Positions 26,989 through 36,461 of a stretch of DNA of 64,000 bases are shown piece after piece. Position numbers and translations under genes: made by a program. Source of the DNA: a virus (Duplodnaviria; Caudoviricetes); IMG/VR virus record IMGVR_UViG_2687453119_000006, positions 1 to 64,000 of that record; one strand, given 5' to 3'. The notes beneath the pieces are model-generated. The model did no database searches. It had not been told where the DNA came from and saw only the letters and a list, made by a program, of their open reading frames with translations. Positions within the stretch are counted from its first letter, which is position 1; each line of letters begins with the position of its first letter.

Positions 26989-29094
26989 TTAAGCGGCTTG
27001 GTCGAGTTCGATGTGCTCCGAGCTGGCCGGCTCATCCACCAAGGGCGGACGGCAGAGCAGCTCGAAGTAGTGGTTGAGGTTGTCGCGGACATTCACGTTG
27101 TCGCCGTACTGGCTCAATCCGCCGATGATGTTGCGCATCAACGGATATTCGTCGCAGATGTCCGTCCACTTTTGGTCGATCACCCTGATAGGACAGACGA
27201 CAGCAGGCGTGTCGGTATGGACACCGAGGCTCGCCAGGGCATCGATCGCCTTGTCGGAGTCGGTCTCCTCCATCTTGTTCTGCTTCAGCACTTCGATCAG
27301 CGCGTCGAGGTCTGCCTTGAACTCCTTCAGATCCTCAGGAGCCCTTTCCCAGACGGCCAGCTTCGCGATACCCTTGAGGCGGTAGTCGAGATTGCTAAGC
27401 GTCTTGTCCTTCAGGCCGGTTTGCTCAGTCAGATCGACCTTGTCCTTCAGCTGATCGATCAGCTCGGGGCCGAGCATTGTCCAGTTGTCGGGCACTTCCT
27501 GACCCGGCTGCTTGACCAGGACGGTGGTGCCCGGGTCGATGAAGCCGAACTTGACGCACAGCTTGATCAGGGTGTCCATGTCGTAGAGACGGACGCCCGA
27601 ACCATGCGGCGTGAGGCGGAAGTACTCACCGCGCCGCCGCCGGCTGTAGGGTGCCGGCGCCTGCTCGACGAAGTAGCCGCCGTCTGCCAGGTCGATGTGC
27701 TGGGTGGTAGAACGCAACTGACCCTCTTCGAGGATCTCGATGGTCTTGCGTTTGCGGACCAACTTGCCGAGGACCTTCTCGACCGGCACCTTGAAGGCGT
27801 CGAGATCGATGACCTCGGGATTGCCGAGGTGATGAAGGACAGTCGCGCGATCGGCCCGCTTGCAGCGCACCCAGAGGATCTTCTCTCCGACCAGGTTGGC
27901 CATGGCGAACCGGCTGAGCGAATACCGCGGCGTGTGCTCCATCACGATCTTGGCGTCGCGCGGCCAGCTCGACCTGACTGATCCACCCTCGAACTTGTCG
28001 AAGTGGTGCCAGCCGTCCGGAAGCGTACAGAGCTTGGCGCCCGGCACGCTCAGGGTGGTCGACAGCCGGTGACCACGCCAGGTCACGGCGTTGCGCATCC
28101 GGGCTTCGCGGGTCTCGCCCAGTCCGACGCACATGTCGTGGCAGGCCTGATTGGCAGCGAACAGGTTCTCCGAGGCATCGACCTTGTCCTGGAGCTGGGT
28201 GATGAAGGCGCTTTCGTAGGCCTGCACCAGCTCGGTCAGCGTCGCCTTGGTCCCGTCGCTGTAGGCGATCTGCTCGCGGGACAGGGTGACCTTGAGAGAG
28301 CCGATCGGCGCCTCGAACAGGACGCAGTCGTTCTCGCTGAGGAAGCCCGAGCTGCGGATCTGACTGAGGTCGAACGGATAGATCGCGCAGCCCATGCGGA
28401 CGTGGGGACCGTAGAACGGAACCGAGGAGTGCTTGTAGGTGGTCCAGTATTCGCCCTGCGACTGGATGATCGGCTCGTCCCACTCGATCGCCGGGAAGAT
28501 CGTCGGTCGCGGGTTGAAGCCCCACAGCACGTCACGCGCTGCCTGGTGGAAGTCGTAGATGTCCTCGCGGCGAACCGCGAACGACACTTCGAGACCAGAC
28601 GGCTCGGTGGTCGGCATCTCGATCATGGTGTCCATGATCAGCTCGCCCTCATCGGAGAGCGACATCACGTAGGAGCGCATCCAGCCGTCGTGGTAGGATG
28701 TGACGTTGTAGGTGCCGGCGCCATTGTCGGTGATCAGGTAGGAGAACGGGCTCTTGGAGCCCAGGCCCCAGCCGCCGACTTTGCCATTGTCCGTCCGCTT
28801 GGTCGAAGCGTAGAGCTTGCCGTAAACCTGCTGCATGGTGTCGTCCGACATGCCCGGACCGTAGTCGCGCACCCGGAAGATCGGATTGAGTTCGGTCGGC
28901 AGGTGGACCTCGAAGTTGCCCTTGCACTCGTCCCAGGCATTGCTCGAAATCTCGCGCATCGGATAGCGGATCTTATCCTTCGCAAGACCCGTGACCTGAG
29001 CATAGAACGACACCGCGTTGGCCTCGAACTCGACCTTCGTCCGCTTCAGGGAGCCGGACGTGACGTTGGTGCGCTGCTGCATATCAAGTTTCAT
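26989..29094 (-). CDS. rIIA-like protein (GHKL ATPase N-terminus)
   Basis: REISSNAWD, VRDYGPGM, STK, GGWGLGSKSPFSY, LSREQI. Confidence 0.85.
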   Translation of the reverse strand: MKLDMQQRTNVTSGSLKRTKVEFEANAVSFYAQVTGLAKDKIRYPMREISSNAWDECKGNFEVHLPTELNPIFRVRDYGPGMSDDTMQQVYGKLYASTKRTDNGKVGGWGLGSKSPFSYLITDNGAGTYNVTSYHDGWMRSYVMSLSDEGELIMDTMIEMPTTEPSGLEVSFAVRREDIYDFHQAARDVLWGFNPRPTIFPAIEWDEPIIQSQGEYWTTYKHSSVPFYGPHVRMGCAIYPFDLSQIRSSGFLSENDCVLFEAPIGSLKVTLSREQIAYSDGTKATLTELVQAYESAFITQLQDKVDASENLFAANQACHDMCVGLGETREARMRNAVTWRGHRLSTTLSVPGAKLCTLPDGWHHFDKFEGGSVRSSWPRDAKIVMEHTPRYSLSRFAMANLVGEKILWVRCKRADRATVLHHLGNPEVIDLDAFKVPVEKVLGKLVRKRKTIEILEEGQLRSTTQHIDLADGGYFVEQAPAPYSRRRRGEYFRLTPHGSGVRLYDMDTLIKLCVKFGFIDPGTTVLVKQPGQEVPDNWTMLGPELIDQLKDKVDLTEQTGLKDKTLSNLDYRLKGIAKLAVWERAPEDLKEFKADLDALIEVLKQNKMEETDSDKAIDALASLGVHTDTPAVVCPIRVIDQKWTDICDEYPLMRNIIGGLSQYGDNVNVRDNLNHYFELLCRPPLVDEPASSEHIELDQAA

Positions 29095-29130
29095 TGATCT
29101 GTTCCTCGATCGTGATGTGATGGGTTGGGA

Positions 29131-30132
29131 TTAGGCGCGACGACGGACGGGCTCTTCGCCCTCGTCCTCGTCTTCGTTATCGAAGAGCAGGCCGGGCATT
29201 TCGCCGTGCTGGATGTAGTGCTCCAGCTCGTCGAATGAGACGCCCATCTCCTCTTCGAGGAATTGCGCAACCAGGCGCGGATAGGTCCACACCAAGTCGG
29301 CGATGTCGGTTGCCAGCAGGCTGCGGAATGCAGCGAGGCTGCTGAACGCGGGCCGGCGGCGGGGTGCCGGCGCAGACATCCGTTCGCTTCGCAGCGGCAC
29401 GATGGTCGGGTCTCGCTCGATGACCAGCTTGCCGGCGTCGAACTGGACCATGTGGTTGCGCAGCTCGATCAGATGCGCCACGTCCAGCCGCTCAGTCGGT
29501 TTGTGGTGATCGAAGTAGCCGACCGAGATGTTCGTGCATTCCGGCACGATCTCGCGGTACTGCTTCGTGTCGGTCACCAAGCCGGTCGGGTCCAGCTTGA
29601 ACCGCTTCGGCAGCTGAGCCATCAGCGACTCGCCGAAAGAGTCGGAGGCCGTCCGTGTCCCCTGATGGGTGATCACGGAGCCGACCCCGAAGCGGTCGAA
29701 GGCGACAGCCGCCTTGATGCCGTCCAGGAACTTCGGGTTCTGCTCGGCGATCGCCCGAGACCCGACGCACCCGATCTCCTCGGCGCAGTGGAAGACGTAG
29801 AGACCAGGCACATTGGCCTTGATCATCTCCGTCATCACCCAGATGCCTGCGGTGCAGTCGGCACCGAGGCAGCTCGACTTGGACTCTGCCGGCAGCTTCA
29901 GGTAGGTGCCGTCAAAGTCGATCTCCTGGATGCCGTCCCGGGTATGGACGGTGTCGGTGTGCGACGACCACAGCACGATCGGGTCATCGCCGATCTTGAT
30001 GAAGTGATTGCCGAACTGGTCCTTGGTCACACCCAACGGCTTGAGGAAGCGATCGATGAACCGCGCCTCCGCCGGAGAGTTTGCCGGACGGCAATAGGTA
30101 TGCATCAACGAGATGATCTCGAAGTCAGTCAT
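29131..30132 (-). CDS. M28/M20-family Zn peptidase
   Basis: SHTDTVH, LGADC, EEIGC.GS, FDR, TNISVGY..HH. Confidence 0.85.
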   Translation of the reverse strand: MTDFEIISLMHTYCRPANSPAEARFIDRFLKPLGVTKDQFGNHFIKIGDDPIVLWSSHTDTVHTRDGIQEIDFDGTYLKLPAESKSSCLGADCTAGIWVMTEMIKANVPGLYVFHCAEEIGCVGSRAIAEQNPKFLDGIKAAVAFDRFGVGSVITHQGTRTASDSFGESLMAQLPKRFKLDPTGLVTDTKQYREIVPECTNISVGYFDHHKPTERLDVAHLIELRNHMVQFDAGKLVIERDPTIVPLRSERMSAPAPRRRPAFSSLAAFRSLLATDIADLVWTYPRLVAQFLEEEMGVSFDELEHYIQHGEMPGLLFDNEDEDEGEEPVRRRA

Positions 30133-30147
30133 GTCTGTGCTTTCTGG

Positions 30148-31713
30148 TTAGGCTGCGCGGGTGTTGACGAGGCGGGTATCTCCGGTGAGGAGAGACCGCT
30201 CGATTTCTTGCTGGATCATCCGGTTGAACCGATCGAGGTACGCCGGATCGATCTGCTCGTTGGTGTTGGCCGCCTCAGGCTCGATGACGACCTGGTTGGT
30301 GACGGTGACCGTCGACGAGGTGAGCGCGAGGCTCATAGCGTCGATGAAGTCATCGCTCCTGACGGTGAACTCCGGGAGTGCTTCCACCGGCTTGTGCCAG
30401 GAGAAGTCCGGCGTCTCGAAGGCCTTGCCGCCATCGCAGAGGATGTCCTCGCCGTCGATGTGGGCACAGTAGAGCTTGTGAACCCGCATGCCGTTCGACA
30501 GCGTGACGATTTCCTCACGAGGGAAGTTGTCGCCGGAGTGCTGACACGTCTCACCGTGCAGGTGGAAGTGAACAGGGTTCCAGCTCTGGACCCGACCTTC
30601 GACGGTCACGTACTCCCGGTGCTCGACGGGCCATTCCTGACCGGTCGCAGAGCAGGTGAAGGCGTGCGTGTTGCGGGCGGCGCGAGACCAATACTCATCC
30701 TCGTGATGGACGTGGGCGAAGCCGCAATCCATCTCGAATGACCGGGCCTTCGGACACCAGCGCATCAGCACCGAGGTGCCGTCCGTCCCGCCGCTGGCCG
30801 CGTAGCGAACATCGGGCCCGGGTTCGGGCAGAGCCCTCGCGGTGACGAAGTGGTCGCCCTTGTCGTGGACGCAGTAGATGTCGTCGAAATAGGGGAGGAC
30901 GTACGACCCCTTGTCGTTCGACATCTCCACCTTCAGGATGCGGGCGCCTTCGAATTGCCCGACCTTCAGGTTGCCCTCGACCTTGTTGTCCTCGCGGATG
31001 TAGGTGTAGCCCTCGGCCTCCATCGCGGCTTTCATCCGCTGGAAGTCGCCGAACACCCGGCCGAACAGCTTCTTCTCGGGCCAGCAGAGGCAACGCGACT
31101 GGATGCGGTTGCGCTCGTTGAGCTGATACGCGATCACCAGGTCGCCAGCCGCGTAGACTGCGGTCGGCCACACCGGATACTGATCGAACCCGCGAGCCTT
31201 CCGGTTATCCATGCAGGACTCCGGGCCTTCCTTGTAGACCCAGGTGATCTCGTCCTGCGTGGTGGCGTACTTGATCTCGCTGCTCGGATCGATCGCGGCG
31301 ATCAGCTTCCGGCGCCTGTCGTCATCCACCTCCGGATAGAAGCGGCTGAGGTAGCGGCCGGGGGTCACGATCGTGACGCGATCGATAATTCCAAGATCTT
31401 CGCTCTCGGTGAACGCGATCTTGGTCTGGTCGCTGTTTGCGAGATGCGCGAAGTGATCAGCAATAGCCGGAAGATCCCAGGCGGCGGGGAGGGCGGTGAT
31501 GCTGCCATCGGCGAGACGCTTCGCCTGACGCTCACGCCAATCCGGCGCCTGATGCGAGCGACGCGGCTGAACCTTGTAGCCACGCTGATCGCTCAGCTGC
31601 TTCGCCATCTTCGCCGCTTCGCCACCCTTCTCGTAGGGGCCGTAGTCGGGTAGCGGCACATCGATCATGGCGCCGTTGCCATCAGGCTCGAGCCGGACCA
31701 GGTAGAACGACAT
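30148..31713 (-). CDS. Conserved phage protein (GPESCM / PYFD motifs, C-terminal Cys/His repeats)
   Basis: PGRYL, Y.EGPESCM, R.L.W, RVFG, PYFD; SD GGAG. Confidence 0.7.
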   Translation of the reverse strand: MSFYLVRLEPDGNGAMIDVPLPDYGPYEKGGEAAKMAKQLSDQRGYKVQPRRSHQAPDWRERQAKRLADGSITALPAAWDLPAIADHFAHLANSDQTKIAFTESEDLGIIDRVTIVTPGRYLSRFYPEVDDDRRRKLIAAIDPSSEIKYATTQDEITWVYKEGPESCMDNRKARGFDQYPVWPTAVYAAGDLVIAYQLNERNRIQSRCLCWPEKKLFGRVFGDFQRMKAAMEAEGYTYIREDNKVEGNLKVGQFEGARILKVEMSNDKGSYVLPYFDDIYCVHDKGDHFVTARALPEPGPDVRYAASGGTDGTSVLMRWCPKARSFEMDCGFAHVHHEDEYWSRAARNTHAFTCSATGQEWPVEHREYVTVEGRVQSWNPVHFHLHGETCQHSGDNFPREEIVTLSNGMRVHKLYCAHIDGEDILCDGGKAFETPDFSWHKPVEALPEFTVRSDDFIDAMSLALTSSTVTVTNQVVIEPEAANTNEQIDPAYLDRFNRMIQQEIERSLLTGDTRLVNTRAA

Positions 31714-31884
31714 CGCAGTCTCCGTTTGCTTCTTTCGTTTGTATTCATGCGCACAGCAAGGCACGCGAATTCCGTCGTTTGGCCGCAGGCTGGTCCCTAG
31801 TATGTGGGGCCAACGGCCTTTGGCTCGTGCGATGCAATCTATTTGCATTCAAGCAAGCGAGCGTGCAAGCTAAATCTACTAATT

Positions 31885-31950
31885 CTACTCAGAGATGGGC
31901 CGGGCCCCCGCGCGCGGTGGTCTGTCCCTGGCATTGTACATTCGTTTCAT
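31885..31950 (-). CDS. 21-aa micropeptide MKRMYNARDRPPRAGARPISE
   Basis: SD AAGGGA; shares RDRP(P)RAGA with upstream peptide. Confidence 0.5.
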   Translation of the reverse strand: MKRMYNARDRPPRAGARPISE

Positions 31951-31983
31951 GTGATCCCTTCGTCAGTTTCAGGTGGCGTCGTT

Positions 31984-32040
31984 TCAGGCGCCGGCCCGTG
32001 GTCTGTCTCGGGGGTAGTACCAGTGCGTGATGATCATCAT
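31984..32040 (-). CDS. 18-aa micropeptide MMIITHWYYPRDRPRAGA
   Basis: SD GAGGA 7 nt upstream of ATG. Confidence 0.5.
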   Translation of the reverse strand: MMIITHWYYPRDRPRAGA

Positions 32041-32054
32041 CTTCGATTCCTCTG

Positions 32055-32162
32055 TTATCGTTGTTGATGGTCTTGTTGGTTCCGCCAGTCCAACAATGTC
32101 TTCTCAAGTCCGTAGTCCTTTAGTGATGTTGTCCCGTTGAAGAATAGGAACTGAGCCTTCAT
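32055..32162 (-). CDS. 35-aa microprotein
   Basis: Starts 4 nt after upstream stop; MKAQFLFFNG...HQQR*. Confidence 0.35.
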   Translation of the reverse strand: MKAQFLFFNGTTSLKDYGLEKTLLDWRNQQDHQQR

Positions 32163-32166
32163 GCAC

Positions 32167-32748
32167 TCAGTCGCAAACCTCGTCGTAGTAGTGATCTCGC
32201 TGGATGCGCGTCAGGACCTCATCGAGCGTCCCTTCAAATCGATCCCAGCGATTGAGCGTGACCTTCGCGCGCTGCGAATCTTTGGTCACCCACAACATGT
32301 AGATGCCATTGGCGGATAGCGTGTGCTCGAAGATCGAGAACTTGACCATGCCGTCCTTTTCAGTCAGCAACGGCGCGATCAGTTCTACAGCTCGTTTGGT
32401 GATGTCAAAGCTCTCTAGCGATCCCTTCGTCATCGAGATCCGCAGGTTTCGGTCGTAGGTGTCGGACCAATATCCTTCACACCCAAGCCCGATGCTTGCG
32501 AATTGCGACTGGACGTACTCGTAATACGTTCGCCCGTCGTCTTCCTGCCGGACCAGAGTCTTCCAGTCCGGACCGTTCTTGCGCCCTTCCTCGTCCATGA
32601 TCTCGCCGATCAGCTCGTTGAAGTGCGCAATTCTCTTAGTCACATGTTCGATCTTCCGATCGATCGGAGCACGCTGAGCGAAGAGATCGTCGCGCTGGCG
32701 TTCCATGTCCACCAGCTCCGACGTCAGCTCTGCCATTGATCTCTTCAT
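32167..32748 (-). CDS. Hypothetical phage protein
   Basis: SD GAGGA; coiled-coil N-terminus. Confidence 0.7.
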   Translation of the reverse strand: MKRSMAELTSELVDMERQRDDLFAQRAPIDRKIEHVTKRIAHFNELIGEIMDEEGRKNGPDWKTLVRQEDDGRTYYEYVQSQFASIGLGCEGYWSDTYDRNLRISMTKGSLESFDITKRAVELIAPLLTEKDGMVKFSIFEHTLSANGIYMLWVTKDSQRAKVTLNRWDRFEGTLDEVLTRIQRDHYYDEVCD

Positions 32749-32936
32749 CAGTCTTCCTCGGTGACGTAGTCGATGACGAAGGAGGCGAGCCCATCATCGT
32801 GGGCAGCGTCGCAGACTTCGTCGATGTTCTTGTACTTGCCGTGCCAGCGTTTGCCGGGCCACTTGGCGCGAAGGGTGTCGCCGTTCAGCCTTGCGCAGAG
32901 CACAGGCTTTCCGGTCTGATCATCAGGTTCGGTCAT
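32748..32936 (-). CDS. Hypothetical protein
   Basis: Coupled. Confidence 0.5.
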   Translation of the reverse strand: MTEPDDQTGKPVLCARLNGDTLRAKWPGKRWHGKYKNIDEVCDAAHDDGLASFVIDYVTEED

Positions 32937-33168
32937 CGAGCCTCACCCAGATGTCGTTGTAATGCATCTTGGCCCTGAACTTGTGCCCCTCGACCTCGAA
33001 GTAGATCCAGGTCCGGCGGGGGAAGTCAGCATCCATCATCGCCTGCGCGGCCTTGGTGCGCAGAGTGTCGTAGTTGTTGCCTCGGACGTCGATGTCGTGA
33101 TCCAGCCTCAAGAATGGATTGTCGACACGTCCGATGAGGACCTCCTTGAAGCGGATCTCGGGCATCAC
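32923..33168 (-). CDS. Hypothetical protein
   Basis: Coupled. Confidence 0.6.
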   Translation of the reverse strand: MMPEIRFKEVLIGRVDNPFLRLDHDIDVRGNNYDTLRTKAAQAMMDADFPRRTWIYFEVEGHKFRAKMHYNDIWVRLDDRT

Positions 33169-33344
33169 AGCCCCCGGATGCCGTCGAACCCGAAGATCCG
33201 GGCCTGCTCACGGATGCCGGCGAGGACGATAGCCTCGTCGATCCGGGTGTCCTCGATCATCAGGAGTTGCGCTTCCTTGCGGCGACGCGACAGGTCAGCC
33301 CGTGATCCGCGGTGAGGGAAGATGGGTGTGCGAGTTGATGTCAT
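33165..33344 (-). CDS. 59-aa hypothetical protein
   Basis: Fills gap between coupled genes. Confidence 0.5.
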   Translation of the reverse strand: MTSTRTPIFPHRGSRADLSRRRKEAQLLMIEDTRIDEAIVLAGIREQARIFGFDGIRGL

Positions 33345-33345
33345 G

Positions 33346-34071
33346 TTATTCGTCCTTCCAGTCTATGGTGATGGTCCCATCGGGACCGGTTACAAGCTCG
33401 GCGTCGAAGAACTCGATCGCCTTGCGGATGTTCGGCATGTACGGGCCGTAGCCGCGCCTGACGCGAAGGGCCGCGCAGTTGGTGAAGTAGCCCCCGGTGT
33501 TCAGCTCGGCGTCGAGACCGCGCATCGAGAGTCCATCCTCTCTGGCGCGTTGCCGGATGGCATCCGCGAGCGGCTCGCCGACGATGGTGAGAGGCTTGTC
33601 GTGATAGTTGAACAGCTTGATGCCCAGCTCCTGGGCGCGCTTGTTGATCTCCCAGGGGGTCCGGTGCGGCAGGATGTGGGTGATCGCGGTCGCTCCCTTG
33701 GTCGGGGCAGCGCGCCTGATCTCCTCGTCCTCGCCCTGGGTGAACGGTGGCCGGCGGTAGGTGAAGCCGGTGGTCCCACGCTTCTTGGCAATCGACTGCC
33801 GGGACCGACCGGGCAGCAGCTTCTGCAGCTCGTGCGTTGTCAGGTGCCGATTGCGCTTGATGATTGTCAGCTCGGCGTTGGTGTATGCCTTGCCGCACCT
33901 GACCCAGAAGTCGCTACCAGACCTCTCGGCAGTAGAACTTCCGCTGGCAGGACGGGCACTCGATGACCTCGGAGGATTTGTCTCCTTCCTCACTGAAGTC
34001 GAATTCGCAATGAGGGCAGTCGAAGTGGGTGCGGAAATAGCCGCGGATGTGTTCCAGGTCACGGATGTCAC
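33346..34071 (-). CDS. Myb/SANT-like repeat plus HTH DNA-binding protein
   Basis: YT..E...LPGRS..I and FT..ED..LPHRT..I repeats. Confidence 0.65.
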   Translation of the reverse strand: MTSVTWNTSAAISAPTSTALIANSTSVRKETNPPRSSSARPASGSSTAERSGSDFWVRCGKAYTNAELTIIKRNRHLTTHELQKLLPGRSRQSIAKKRGTTGFTYRRPPFTQGEDEEIRRAAPTKGATAITHILPHRTPWEINKRAQELGIKLFNYHDKPLTIVGEPLADAIRQRAREDGLSMRGLDAELNTGGYFTNCAALRVRRGYGPYMPNIRKAIEFFDAELVTGPDGTITIDWKDE

Positions 34072-34225
34072 TCATACGAAGGCCCGTTTGCTCTCGATGA
34101 CGAAATGCTGCTCGGCCTTCCGCAAGCGACCTCGTCGTGATTTGCTGAACGGAGCGGGGTGGCGCTTCCAGGTGTGACTCTCCAGGAGGAAGCGGAACGC
34201 CGCACCGATCGCGCGTTGTGCCGGC

Positions 34226-34648
34226 TCACCCTTGCAGCATGGGTGTCGGTGCCGGCGCTGCCGGATGAAGGGCCTCAAATGCTTCATGACTCGAGCGGCT
34301 CCTCTCGTGCCGATAGCGCAGTGGCTTCGGCGCCTCGTACCAGAAGGCCACGCGGGGCGGCTCTTCGTAGACGGCGATGACGATGGGGTTGGCGTTGCGG
34401 TACCAGCGGGCTGCCTTGCGCAGCGTCCGACCGCTTTCGCGCGCGGTGTCGATGATCAGCGGCCTGAACTTCTCAGGGCAGAGCTGACCGTAGGGGATGA
34501 AGGGGATGCGCAGGATGTGGGAGGTGTAGACCGACGCAATCGCGCCGGATCTACCCGGGCCGGTGACGCAGCCGACGTCTTCCACGCGGTGCGCTCGAAG
34601 CACAACACGAAGACGCTCAGCAAAGTCGGCTTCAGAGATGATCCTCAC
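34226..34648 (-). CDS. Phosphoribosyltransferase-like protein
   Basis: GPGRSGAI..S..L.IP; LIIDTARESGRTL PRPP-loop variant. Confidence 0.65.
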   Translation of the reverse strand: MRIISEADFAERLRVVLRAHRVEDVGCVTGPGRSGAIASVYTSHILRIPFIPYGQLCPEKFRPLIIDTARESGRTLRKAARWYRNANPIVIAVYEEPPRVAFWYEAPKPLRYRHERSRSSHEAFEALHPAAPAPTPMLQG

Positions 34649-34902
34649 GCCACGGCCCTCCGCATGATGGTGTCAATGATGCAGTTGTGTTCGAGCGGAT
34701 TGTGCTCAGCGAGGAACTGCAGCGCTTTCGCGTGGTAGTCGCTGCCGGCGTTCGCGTAGTCGACGACCAGGCGCCAGGCCTCAAGGTCGTTGCGGAGGCG
34801 AGGGGACTCGTCGAGCTTTTGGAGTTGCCACGGGCCGTTCTGGCTGCCGTGGCATTCGAAGATGCCCCAGCCCTCGTCGAAGGCTCTGTTGTTGTCGAAC
34901 AT
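34645..34902 (-). CDS. Hypothetical phage protein
   Basis: A..EGWGIF...LQKLD...D.EAW motif. Confidence 0.7.
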   Translation of the reverse strand: MFDNNRAFDEGWGIFECHGSQNGPWQLQKLDESPRLRNDLEAWRLVVDYANAGSDYHAKALQFLAEHNPLEHNCIIDTIMRRAVA

Positions 34903-34958
34903 GTGTTATCCATGGAGGGAGAGCCCGTCCCCCCGAAGAGGACGGGCCGCCATCAGGC

Positions 34959-35975
34959 TCAGTAGTGACGGACGTTTTTGTTGCGGGCCCAGTAGGGCTC
35001 CTCGGTGCCGTTGTCGGCCTGGACGTACAGGCTCTTGAACGGATCGTTGCGCGTCTTGAGGATCGTGCAGCGACGCTCGCCCTTCTCGGTGCGGTAGGTG
35101 GTCACCTTGTCGCCCGGCTTGCGGACGATGCCGTTGACCCAGACCGCACCCTCAGGCAGAGCCTCGGCAGCGTCGTCGCCGTTCTCTTCCTGCTCGGTCT
35201 CGACCACGTCGAGTTCGTCATCGTCATGCTCGATGCCCTCGACGTCGTCGGTCGGCTCCTCGACGACCGGCTCCGGCTCGACAACCTCGGGCTTGGCGTA
35301 GTCGTTGATCGGCTTGAAGTCGTCGGCCGTGACGGTGATCGGCATGATCGCCACCAGGTCGCCGTCCAGATCATCCCCGCCTTCTCCGTTGGTGAGGTGC
35401 TCGACCGCTTCATCGTAGCTGTCGAAGAAGGCCCCGCCGTCGATCATGATCTTGCCGCTTTTGGTCAGGTCGACGAGGACGTAGATGGTGCGCGGATACA
35501 CCGGCAGCTCGACCTGGATGACCTGGGCGTATCCGTTCAGCTCGTCGCCATCGGTGTCGAACTGGTGGATGACCTCCTCGTCGTCGTGGTTCGAGACGAT
35601 GACCACCGGGTACGAATTGCCGGCGAGCACCGCGACGATCCGGGCGTCGGTGTGGACGTCGTCCTCGTCGTTCGCATCGACCACGATGAACGGCTTGTTG
35701 AAGTCGATCGCGCCGGCCGGATACTTCGGCTCCGCGGCGAGGATGACGGCTTCCGAAACGATCGGAGCTTCCTCGACGACTACCGCGAGGGCGACATCGA
35801 ACGTTTCCTGGGGCGCCAGGACTTCGCCTTCGATCACCGGCTCAGCAGCCGGCTCAGTCACAGCCTCGACCGGTTGCTGCGTCTCGACGTAGCCTCCTGC
35901 GAGTGTCTCGACCTCGGGCGCCGGCAGTGCCGCGGGACGACCGAAGAGGGGATTGTTAAAGCCAAACGGGTTCAT
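34959..35975 (-). CDS. Highly acidic multidomain early protein
   Basis: SD AAGGAGAG; D/E-rich tracts. Confidence 0.75.
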   Translation of the reverse strand: MNPFGFNNPLFGRPAALPAPEVETLAGGYVETQQPVEAVTEPAAEPVIEGEVLAPQETFDVALAVVVEEAPIVSEAVILAAEPKYPAGAIDFNKPFIVVDANDEDDVHTDARIVAVLAGNSYPVVIVSNHDDEEVIHQFDTDGDELNGYAQVIQVELPVYPRTIYVLVDLTKSGKIMIDGGAFFDSYDEAVEHLTNGEGGDDLDGDLVAIMPITVTADDFKPINDYAKPEVVEPEPVVEEPTDDVEGIEHDDDELDVVETEQEENGDDAAEALPEGAVWVNGIVRKPGDKVTTYRTEKGERRCTILKTRNDPFKSLYVQADNGTEEPYWARNKNVRHY

Positions 35976-36086
35976 GCAGTCTCTCCTTGTGCGGGCCGTT
36001 GTTGATCCCACCCCGTCAACAGGGGCGGCTCGCTGGGTTCTGATGACGGGGTGTTGCAAACGCTTTGAATTCAAGCGCGTGTCAGG

Positions 36087-36461
36087 TCACGGCTTCTCGC
36101 CCGGTCCATACCGGTGGATGATGCAGGGCTTGCCGTTGTGTTCGAGCAGGTCTTCGCCTTCGATCCCATCCACGTCGTAGTCGATGATGGTGACCTCGAC
36201 GTCGGTCGGGAGGCTGGCGACGTCGGCCATACCGCCTTCCACCGTGATGACGACTTCGCGCTTCACGGCGTAGACGATGTCCCACTGGCTGCTACCCTTC
36301 AGTGGGTAGGCGCCGTCCTCGCGCCGCCAGCCGAGCCGCTCGACGCCATCCTCATAGGTGACAGCGATGAGCAGCGGGCCGTTCTCGTTCTTGAAGTTGT
36401 AGCCGAGAAGGCGGACCGGGAGGCCGGACCTGGTCTGGAGCGGTCTGCTGAAATCAAGCAC
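36087..36461 (-). CDS. Hypothetical phage protein
   Basis: DFSRPLQTRSG.PVR domain plus V.I.VEGG..V.IIDYD. Confidence 0.65.
   Translation of the reverse strand: MLDFSRPLQTRSGLPVRLLGYNFKNENGPLLIAVTYEDGVERLGWRREDGAYPLKGSSQWDIVYAVKREVVITVEGGMADVASLPTDVEVTIIDYDVDGIEGEDLLEHNGKPCIIHRYGPGEKP

Noticed and set aside
2851-30741. Long plus-strand ORFs (2851-4395, 5240-7171, 16845-18287, 28003-29097, 29263-30741)
   Set aside because: Antisense shadows of GC3-rich minus-strand genes that have clear motifs; no SD or domain signal of their own.
31889-32107. 72-aa ORF from the ORF track
   Set aside because: TTG start without an SD; the SD-supported micro-ORFs in other frames fit better.
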